The notes under the pieces were generated by a model. That model ran no database searches. It was not told the DNA's origin and was given only the letters and a program-made list of their open reading frames with translations. This document shows, one piece after another, positions 54,161 through 61,488 of a stretch of DNA of 64,000 bases. Positions within the stretch are counted from its first letter, which is position 1. Each line of letters begins with the position of its first letter. Source of the DNA: Candidatus Sericytochromatia bacterium. Lineage in GTDB: Bacteria; Cyanobacteriota; Sericytochromatia; S15B-MN24; VGJW01. The stretch is from NCBI GenBank assembly GCA_035286125.1, contig JAYKIS010000053.1:11210-75209 (forward strand), read 5' to 3'. The position numbers and the translations under genes were made by a program.

Positions 54161-55123
54161 TTGTTGGCCACCCTCGTCATGGCTGCGGCGACGATGGGTG
54201 GCCGTCGCGACCTGCCGGACGCCTTCTCGGGGACACGCGCCCTCGACCTGGCGCGGACGCTGGTCGCCTTTGGGCCCCGAGTGCCGGGTACCGCGGCGCA
54301 TGACCGCGCTGCGACGTGGCTCGCCTCCCAGATCCGGGCCCGCGAGGCTCGCCTCGTCCTGCAGGATTTCACGGTTGAGCTCGAGGGCCGCAAGGTCGCC
54401 TGCCGCAACCTGACGGCCCTGACGGGTCCGGCGCTTCCACCCAGGCTTGTCCTGGTGGCGCACTGGGATACCAGGCCCTGGAGCGACCGGGAGCCCGATG
54501 CGTCAAGGCGACGGCAGCCGGGACCGGGTGCCAACGATGGCGCCTCGGGAGTCGCGGTCCTGCTCGAGATGCTGCGGTTGCTGCCTCGCGACATGGCCAT
54601 CGCCACGGTCTTCGTGGATGCCGAGGACGTGGGGCAACGCCCCGAGGACTATGCCCAGGGGAGCCGGGCCTGGGTCCGGGCCCACCGTGGCCCCAGGCCG
54701 CGCTGGGCCCTCGTCCTCGACATGGTCGGCAGGGCCGACGCGGGGTTTGCGATGGAGGCAGCATCGCGCCGCTCGGCACCATGGCTCGTGGACCGCCTCT
54801 GGAGCGTCGCCGGCACGGTCGGGGCGGGTCCGTGGTTCAGCCGGCGCGAGGGCCCCGAGATCATCGACGACCACACGCCCTTCATCGAGGCAGGCATCCC
54901 GGCGGTCGACCTGGTGGACATGGCCGATCCCGCGTGGCACACCCATCAGGACGACATCGATCGCCTCGACGCCGGAACAATGGCGGCGGTCGGCCGTACG
55001 GTCCTTGCACTCGTGGCCGGCGAACCGGGCAGGGAGGGCCGGAAATCTTCGCCGTCAGCCCTCTCCGTTGGGTATGATGGCCATGCGGCCCTGTCCCGCG
55101 AAAGGAGCTTCCCGTGGCCTTGA
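54161..55123 (+). CDS. M28-family metallopeptidase (aminopeptidase / glutaminyl-cyclase-like)
   Basis: 320 aa with an uncertain TTG start. LVAHWDTRPW, GANDGASGVAVLLEM, FVDAEDVG and HTHQDDIDRLD fit M28 metal-ligand contexts. Confidence 0.7.
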   Translation: MLATLVMAAATMGGRRDLPDAFSGTRALDLARTLVAFGPRVPGTAAHDRAATWLASQIRAREARLVLQDFTVELEGRKVACRNLTALTGPALPPRLVLVAHWDTRPWSDREPDASRRRQPGPGANDGASGVAVLLEMLRLLPRDMAIATVFVDAEDVGQRPEDYAQGSRAWVRAHRGPRPRWALVLDMVGRADAGFAMEAASRRSAPWLVDRLWSVAGTVGAGPWFSRREGPEIIDDHTPFIEAGIPAVDLVDMADPAWHTHQDDIDRLDAGTMAAVGRTVLALVAGEPGREGRKSSPSALSVGYDGHAALSRERSFPWP

Positions 55124-56409
55124 CCCGTCGCATCGTCGTCGGCATCGGCTCCGTCGCGTTGGCGGCCTGCGCCCAGAACACGGCCACGACCCCCGCGTCA
55201 GGCCTGACGACGTCCCTGCGCTCCGTCAGCTATACCCTGCCGCAGCTGTCCACGGAGAGCATGGACAAGGCCAAGGAGGCCGACAGGGCGCTGTCCTCTT
55301 TCCAGGATGTGAACTCGGCTGCCAACTTCACGATGCCCATGGGCAACAACTTCACGATGCCCATGGGTAACAACTTCACCATGCCGATGGGCAACAACTT
55401 CACCATGCCGATGGGCAACAACCTGTCCGGGCCAAGTGACCGCCGGGTGTTGGGCGCATCCCTCAACAGCGTCTACGAGCGCTTCGGCTTCCTGCCCTTC
55501 CCCGCGGACATCTCGATGTCTGCCGAGAGCACGACCTCTGTCCTGCCGGCAGAGGGGACGGACCACCTTGCCACGCTGTCCGGCACCGGCTTCAAGGCGA
55601 CCAAGCGTCTGCGCCGCCTCGCCGAGGAGGTCGAGACCTACGAAGACCTTCTGACCTACGCCACGGCATCCGTCCCGATGGGGTCGGAATCCGTCGTGGT
55701 CAGCGGCGAGCATACGTTGACCCTGGCCGGCACCGGCTGGACGACGGACACGACGAACCGGCCCTCGATCATCGTTGGCGTGCACGCGCGACCTGCGGCC
55801 ACAACCCGCCGGACCGAGCAGGTCGTCTTGCGCCAAGGCGGCAACGCCGTGGCTGAGGTCAGGGTCGATCAGGACTCCTTCACGTCCTACAAGGTGCCGT
55901 TCCTGCCGGACGCACCGGCGGTCCAACTGCCGGGCAAGGTCACGGTGGACGGTCGCCTGTCCCAACCCGGTGCAAGCGGCCGGACGCTGGCCTTCGACCT
56001 GGCCGCGCGGGCAGATATGGATCGTATGACGTTGATGATCGAAGGCTGGCTGCGCGATTGCGACAGCGCCGGCGGATGCACACCCACTGCTGCGGCTGTC
56101 ACCACGGGGCAGGCCGGAGAGATCCGGGAAACGCTCGAATTCGACCTGCAAGGAGCCCAGTCGCGCCTGACCTTCCTGAAAGTGCCCCAGCCCGGCCGCT
56201 TCGGCTTCAAGGTCATGATGCGCTATGACTACGCGGCGCAGTTGGCCCGCAACCTGCCCGGTACCTCGGAGCTGACGGGCGAGGTCGTCCTGGTCGATGA
56301 CAAGGGCAGCCTGGTCCCTGGCGGCAAGCTCGCGGACATCTCGAGCGACAGCGACGGCAATCCGGTCCTGACAAGGCTGGACGGCACCAAGGTGACCTGG
56401 AAGCTGTAG
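55114..56409 (+). CDS. lipoprotein with NFTMPMGN tandem repeats
   Basis: 431 aa with a GTG start. Lipobox VALAAC, followed by four perfect 8-aa repeats. The remainder has no recognised family. Confidence 0.6.
   Translation: MALTRRIVVGIGSVALAACAQNTATTPASGLTTSLRSVSYTLPQLSTESMDKAKEADRALSSFQDVNSAANFTMPMGNNFTMPMGNNFTMPMGNNFTMPMGNNLSGPSDRRVLGASLNSVYERFGFLPFPADISMSAESTTSVLPAEGTDHLATLSGTGFKATKRLRRLAEEVETYEDLLTYATASVPMGSESVVVSGEHTLTLAGTGWTTDTTNRPSIIVGVHARPAATTRRTEQVVLRQGGNAVAEVRVDQDSFTSYKVPFLPDAPAVQLPGKVTVDGRLSQPGASGRTLAFDLAARADMDRMTLMIEGWLRDCDSAGGCTPTAAAVTTGQAGEIRETLEFDLQGAQSRLTFLKVPQPGRFGFKVMMRYDYAAQLARNLPGTSELTGEVVLVDDKGSLVPGGKLADISSDSDGNPVLTRLDGTKVTWKL
55324..55419 (+). repeat. 4 x 24-bp in-frame tandem repeat encoding NFTMPMGN
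   Basis: aacttcacgatgcccatgggcaac / aacttcacgatgcccatgggtaac / aacttcaccatgccgatgggcaac / aacttcaccatgccgatgggcaac. The copies differ only at synonymous positions. Confidence 0.95.
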
Positions 56410-56417
56410 GTCGGGTT

Positions 56418-56996
56418 TCACGCCACGGCAATCCGCGCACAAGCCAGGATGGCCCGGCGCATGTGGTCCGTGACCTGCCTGTCGGCCTGGTAGCCAGTAC
56501 CGTACGCGACGGCCCCGATGCGTCGGTACGTGATCCGGACCGGGGGCAGGGCAAGGCCGCACCAGAGCCTCTCGGCCTGCACATAGGCCGCCACGACAAC
56601 CAGCCCCAGGCCAAGTCGCCGCGCCTCACGAACCAGAGCACCCGCTCCACCGCGACAGCGGCCGACCATGCCCGGCGGTGCCGGATACAGCACACCTGCC
56701 ATCCCCTCCGGAAACACCAGCACGAGTTCACCCTTTGCCCACAGCGGACGGACCAGTGCGACCAGATCCTGCCGGTCTGCCCCCCAGGGCAACGGATGCA
56801 GGCCCAGCGCAGGTCCCCATAGCCCCAGACCGAAAACCCGCAACCACGAGGCCGTGACGACATGCAGCGGTCGCGGACACGACAGCCTCAGCCAGAGGAC
56901 ATCGAGCGGACTGCGATGGTTGGCCACCAGCAAGCCGGGCCCCCGGGCAGGCAGGCACGCCACGCCTTCGGCTTCAAGCACGCACAAGGAAGTCAC
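56418..56996 (-). CDS. lysophospholipid acyltransferase (PlsC-like)
   Basis: 192 aa. LLVANHRSPLDV (HxxxxD motif) and VLVFPEG. Confidence 0.7.
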   Translation of the reverse strand: MTSLCVLEAEGVACLPARGPGLLVANHRSPLDVLWLRLSCPRPLHVVTASWLRVFGLGLWGPALGLHPLPWGADRQDLVALVRPLWAKGELVLVFPEGMAGVLYPAPPGMVGRCRGGAGALVREARRLGLGLVVVAAYVQAERLWCGLALPPVRITYRRIGAVAYGTGYQADRQVTDHMRRAILACARIAVA

Positions 56997-57026
56997 GACG
57001 CGGACCGTGCCGCGTCATGGCCCGTT

Positions 57027-57815
57027 TCACAAGGCCGGTTCGGCAGTCCGGGCAGCAGCCGGCAACTGGCGTACCGTGGCCTTGAGGTCCAGGCTCAGGA
57101 TGCCGTTCGCGACAGAGAGGTCCGACAGGCGCGCGTCCGAGACTCCGGCCGGCATGAAGGTCGCGATGTCGAGGCGCGCCGGTACGGGCAGGCGACGCCC
57201 CAACTCCTGCCCCATCAGGCGTACCGACAGATCCTCGATGCCGAGGGTCCCGTCAGGGAGCAGCACAGGTCTCACGGAAGCCTGCAAGGGCAACGCCATG
57301 CCCCCCATCATGGGCAGTTTGGCCGTGAGCACGACCTGGACCAGCCCCTCGGCAAAGGACAGCCCACGCAGCCCGATCTTGAACATGTCCCCTTCCGGGA
57401 CCGGGAGACGACCCTGCAAAAGTCCGGGCAGTGCATCGCGGAGGGCCTCGGACACCTCGGCGTCCCGAACCCGGACCGTAACGCTGAGGCTGGCAGGCAC
57501 CGCCAACGACGGCGTGCCCACGAGCGACGCCGGTTCGACACGCACACCCGACAACGACCAGCGAATCGGCACGGCCGAGAGGGAGGCCCCCTCAATCAGG
57601 ACACTGCCGGAAAAGTCGCCGACCTCGCCCCAGGTGGCATGGGTCGCGGCTCTCGGCAGCCACGCGACCTCCCCCACGGCAAGGGGTGTTCCCTCGAGGG
57701 CGCGGGTCATCGAGGCCGCCAGGCGCTGCGTGACGAATTCGGGACCGAGCGTGGCCACGCTCCCGAGGGAAAGGCCAAGCACGGCAAGGACGGCCAACAA
57801 GATGCCATGAATCAT
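57027..57815 (-). CDS. membrane-anchored hypothetical protein (possibly DUF2993/LmeA-like)
   Basis: Lies in ORF 57027..58277. The start is ATG 57815 (MIHGILLAVLAVLGLSLG), overlapping the upstream stop (TGATG). An N-terminal TM helix is followed by a beta-rich region. The family call is tentative. Confidence 0.45.
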   Translation of the reverse strand: MIHGILLAVLAVLGLSLGSVATLGPEFVTQRLAASMTRALEGTPLAVGEVAWLPRAATHATWGEVGDFSGSVLIEGASLSAVPIRWSLSGVRVEPASLVGTPSLAVPASLSVTVRVRDAEVSEALRDALPGLLQGRLPVPEGDMFKIGLRGLSFAEGLVQVVLTAKLPMMGGMALPLQASVRPVLLPDGTLGIEDLSVRLMGQELGRRLPVPARLDIATFMPAGVSDARLSDLSVANGILSLDLKATVRQLPAAARTAEPAL

Positions 57816-59374
57816 CAGAACGCCCTTCCGACTCCGAGCCCCAGACCCTGCACGACATCCTGGGCGCCACTGCTGCGCAGCACGGCCTGAAGACGCCACG
57901 TGAGCATCAGATCGATCGGCAGGCCTGCTGGCGACGGCCAGGCCGCACCCAACTCGCCCCCCGCCCCGAAGGCCGGCCCCGTCGAGACCGCGAGGGCAAG
58001 GCCCACCTGGCTGCGGGCCAAAGCCCAGGTGCTGAAAGGACCGAGGGGGGCCCGGATGATGGCGGATGGCCCCGCCCCCAGGAACGTGCGACCCGCCTCG
58101 GGATCGGTGGTGCCCGAGGCCAACTGGAGACCGATGTCGGAACCCAACCCGACGCCCCACGTCACGGAACCCGTGGCCGACGGCTGCCAAAGGACATCGG
58201 CGGCGACCCCGAACTGGGTCAGGGAGCCCTCGGTACCGGGGAACAAGCGTCCCGTCCCGCGCGCCTCGAGCGCCCAACCCGGGACCGCCAGCGACAGGCC
58301 GGCATCAAGGGCGCCCGGCATGTAGAAACTGATATCCCGGAAGGTGCGTCCGTCTCCCGTTCCGATCGCAAGGCCCGTGACCGCCCATCCCCGACCCAGA
58401 CGGCGTGACCAATCGAGAGCCGGAAGGGTCCAGCGCGCACCTGCCACCGGAGCCGATGTCCGCGCCACCTGAGGGGTCGCCGCGGGCGAGGGTGTCCGCG
58501 CAGGAGCAGGCGTCGGCGCCGGCTCGTTTTCGACGGGCGTCGGCGTCGGCATCGGGTCGGGCACCACCAGCCAAGGCGGCGGCGTCATCGTGCCTGCAGG
58601 CGGACGGGTCGGCACGGGCACGGGCGTCACGACAGGTCGCGGCGTCGGAAGCGGACGCGGCGTGACCGCAGGCGCAGGGGTACGCGTGGCCGCAGGCTCG
58701 GGGGTCGGTTCCTCGACCGGCGGCTCGGGCGTCGATCGGGGGCGCTGTTCGTCGGCGAACCGAGCCGCCACGCCCGGATCCACCAGCGCCGCCGCGCGAT
58801 AGACCCAGATCAAGGCATCCTGGCGTGTCAGGTCCTCTGTCGGTCGGACGGGGCCACCCGAGGTCACGATGAGCCAGTCGTTAGCCGCCCGTTGCAAGGC
58901 CTCCTGGCCGGGAAAGCCCCGGATGTCCGTGAGCACGATGCGTCGCTCGGGCGACGGCGGCAACGGAGCCGCACGCAGGCGCAAGACCTTGTCGAGTGCA
59001 ACGAGGAAGGCCCCTCTCGAGATGGGTTGGGTCCCCTGGAAGTTGGCGCCATCGGCCTCGAGCAGGTCGCGGGCCGTGACCCGGTTGACGGCGGCCAAGG
59101 CCCAGAAACCGGGAGGCACGTCCGCCCAGGCCGTCACCATGAAGGCGTGGTCCGACGGATCGAGGAACGACGCCAGGATCCACGCCGCATCGTAGCGCGA
59201 GACCCGTGCACGATTGGTGGCGCTACCGCCCCAGACACCCGGCAGGAAGCCACGATCGATCAGAAAGGCGCCTGTGGATACGGCATCCTGCGCCATGGCG
59301 GCAGGGGCCGTGGGAAACAGGCAGCCGAGGGCGAGCGCCATCGCCAGGGACTGACGGACCTTCACGGCTCCCAC
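57815..59374 (-). CDS. SLH-domain outer-membrane protein (OmpM/Slp-like: SLH repeats, Pro-rich linker, C-terminal beta-barrel-like region)
   Basis: 519 aa. Signal peptide ends ...APAAMAQ. SLH-like repeats include WADVPPGFWALAAVNRV...ISRGAFLVAL and LTDIRGFPGQEALQRAAND...LTRQDALIWVYRAA. A P/T/V/A-rich linker follows. The C-terminal region has alternating beta-like segments and ends GVGRAF. Confidence 0.7.
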   Translation of the reverse strand: MGAVKVRQSLAMALALGCLFPTAPAAMAQDAVSTGAFLIDRGFLPGVWGGSATNRARVSRYDAAWILASFLDPSDHAFMVTAWADVPPGFWALAAVNRVTARDLLEADGANFQGTQPISRGAFLVALDKVLRLRAAPLPPSPERRIVLTDIRGFPGQEALQRAANDWLIVTSGGPVRPTEDLTRQDALIWVYRAAALVDPGVAARFADEQRPRSTPEPPVEEPTPEPAATRTPAPAVTPRPLPTPRPVVTPVPVPTRPPAGTMTPPPWLVVPDPMPTPTPVENEPAPTPAPARTPSPAATPQVARTSAPVAGARWTLPALDWSRRLGRGWAVTGLAIGTGDGRTFRDISFYMPGALDAGLSLAVPGWALEARGTGRLFPGTEGSLTQFGVAADVLWQPSATGSVTWGVGLGSDIGLQLASGTTDPEAGRTFLGAGPSAIIRAPLGPFSTWALARSQVGLALAVSTGPAFGAGGELGAAWPSPAGLPIDLMLTWRLQAVLRSSGAQDVVQGLGLGVGRAF

Positions 59375-59703
59375 CTCAGTGTCACGCCCTCCTCGAGACC
59401 CAGCCCGCGCGCCTGGCCGGCCGGCAACTCCAGAACCTGCCGGGCCTTGGGGACGATCGGTGAAAACCGCCCGGGCGGCAGGTCGTGCAAGACCCTAAGG
59501 ATACGGAAGTCCCGCGAAAGGAACAACACATCGAGGTTCAGGCGCGGCCAGAAGGTGTGGATACTGTTGCAAGGCACCAGCAGCATGCCTTCGCCGGGTT
59601 CGAAGCGATCCCGGAAGCCCAGGCCCCTCATCCGCGCCCACGGTGTCCGGGCCACCTCGAGACGCTCGACCACGGGCCGGTCCCCCAGCCAGAGGCCGGG
59701 CAC
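59362..59703 (-). CDS. DUF192-family protein
   Basis: 113 aa. ARTPWARMRGLGFR...GMLLVPCNSIHTFWPRLNLDVLFL...VLELPAG follows the DUF192 (COG1430) pattern. Confidence 0.6.
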   Translation of the reverse strand: MPGLWLGDRPVVERLEVARTPWARMRGLGFRDRFEPGEGMLLVPCNSIHTFWPRLNLDVLFLSRDFRILRVLHDLPPGRFSPIVPKARQVLELPAGQARGLGLEEGVTLRWEP

Positions 59704-59704
59704 G

Positions 59705-60622
59705 TCAGGCCTTCCCCGTCAGGATGCCGAGGACGAGCGGGCCAAAGATGATGATGAAAATGACCGGGAAGATCAGGAAGGTGATCGGGAAGACCAGCTT
59801 GAGCGGGGCCTTCTGAGCCAATTCCTGCGCACGTTGCCAGCGGGCCTCGCGGATGATGCCGCTCTGGATGCGCAGGGTCCGGGCAATCGATGAGCCCATC
59901 GTCTCGGCCTGGACCATCGCGATGGCCACGCTGTTGAGCTCCTTCAGGCCCACGCGTCGCCCCAGTTCCCGCAGCGCCTCGCCACGACTGCGCCCCAGCT
60001 GCATCTGGCGAAGCGTCTTCTCCATTTCGTCCCGCAGCGGATGGGGCCGCATCCGCTCGCTGATCTTCTGCATCGCCGCCGTCAGGGACATGCCCGCCTC
60101 AACGCACGTGGTCAGCAGGTCCAGGGTGGTGGGGAGTTGCCTAAGGATGGCCTGCTGGCGCAACTCAACGGCCTGGTCGAGGCGCGATGCGGGCAAACGG
60201 TAGCCTGCGACACCAGCCAGCAGGAAGCCTACGGCAGCCCCGAGGGGGGGCAATTCGAAGGCCGCGCTGTTGACCAGCAAGAAGACTACGGGCAGCAGGG
60301 CAGCGTAGATCCATTGGCGTGCGACGAAGCGTGCCGGTGTCGTGTGGTCGTCCCCCGCCATCAGGAGGCGAGCCTGCAGGGCCGTGGCGCGATCGTCGGA
60401 AAGACGCTCGACGGCAAAGGGCTTGAGGCGCTCCTCGAGCACCCGGAGCGGTGCCGTCTTGGCACGGGGAGGCCGCGGCGCAGCCGTGCCGGGCCTGGCC
60501 ACGCGCTTGAGCCGGGCCTGCACCCGCGAGCGGTTCTGCGGCTTGGAGAAGGCCACGACACCCAGCAAGGTCGCACCGAAGACGGCACCGAAGACCAACA
60601 GGAAAATCAGGGCGACCGGCAT
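59705..60622 (-). CDS. tadC: Tad/Flp pilus assembly inner-membrane protein TadC
   Basis: Lies in ORF 59705..60685; the start is ATG 60622. T2SSF-type domain (LPTTLDLLTTCVEAGMSLTAAMQKI...) flanked by TM helices. Confidence 0.75.
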   Translation of the reverse strand: MPVALIFLLVFGAVFGATLLGVVAFSKPQNRSRVQARLKRVARPGTAAPRPPRAKTAPLRVLEERLKPFAVERLSDDRATALQARLLMAGDDHTTPARFVARQWIYAALLPVVFLLVNSAAFELPPLGAAVGFLLAGVAGYRLPASRLDQAVELRQQAILRQLPTTLDLLTTCVEAGMSLTAAMQKISERMRPHPLRDEMEKTLRQMQLGRSRGEALRELGRRVGLKELNSVAIAMVQAETMGSSIARTLRIQSGIIREARWQRAQELAQKAPLKLVFPITFLIFPVIFIIIFGPLVLGILTGKA

Positions 60623-61488
60623 CAGACGTCCAACGCGACAATCTTGCGGACGACGAGGCTGCCTGCCGTGACCATGGCGACGCACAGGGCCACGAGCACC
60701 CAGCCCAGCGGCTCGGTGAAAAGCACACCCATGCGATCCGGGGCAATCAGCAGCAACACGAAGTACAGGCCTACGGGGAGGAAGGAGAGAATGGCCCCCG
60801 AGAAGCGACCCTGCGTCGTCAAGGTGCGGATCTGGCCCTGGATGCGGCGCCGCTCGCGCATCGTCGACGCCAGATTATCGAGAATCTCGCCCAGATTGCC
60901 GCCCGTCTGGCGCTGGATGACAAGGGCAGTGCAAAGGATATCGAGGTCGTCGTGATTCATGCGTTCGGACCAGTTCTGCAGGGCCTGATCGAAGGAGACG
61001 CCCATCGTCAGTTCCTGCATGACCTCGCGCACCTCGGCACCCATCGGGTCCGTGAACTCCTGGGTCACGAGGTCCAGGGCCTGCTGCACGGAGAAGCTCG
61101 ACCTCACGGCATTCGCGAGGACGCCCACGGCATCGGGCAACTGCTCCTCGAACTCCTTCACGTATCTTTGCCACTGCATGTCGAGCCAGCGATTGGTCAG
61201 GGACCACACGACGCCGGCGGCCAGCGCAGCAAGGAAGATGCGACTGGCAAGGCCGTCGCCCAGCACGAAGCCCAGCAGGGCGGCAGCACCCGTCAGACCT
61301 GCCTGCTGGCGCGCAAACCGTTCGGTGGACAAGGGATTGCGCGTTCGCGCAAGGGCCTTGCGCGTCCGACCCAGGTAGCCCTCGAGCGCCGCCGACAGGC
61401 GTTGCTCGTAGCGGCGGGCCACCACAAAGGCCAGCATCCCCGCCGACACGAAGGCCAGCAGGAAGACCAGCAGGAGACGAGGGTCCAT
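60622..61488 (-). CDS. tadB: Tad/Flp pilus assembly inner-membrane protein TadB
   Basis: 288 aa. T2SSF-type domain (LPDAVGVLANAVRSSFSVQQALDLV...) flanked by TM helices. Start and stop overlap both neighbours. Confidence 0.75.
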   Translation of the reverse strand: MDPRLLLVFLLAFVSAGMLAFVVARRYEQRLSAALEGYLGRTRKALARTRNPLSTERFARQQAGLTGAAALLGFVLGDGLASRIFLAALAAGVVWSLTNRWLDMQWQRYVKEFEEQLPDAVGVLANAVRSSFSVQQALDLVTQEFTDPMGAEVREVMQELTMGVSFDQALQNWSERMNHDDLDILCTALVIQRQTGGNLGEILDNLASTMRERRRIQGQIRTLTTQGRFSGAILSFLPVGLYFVLLLIAPDRMGVLFTEPLGWVLVALCVAMVTAGSLVVRKIVALDV

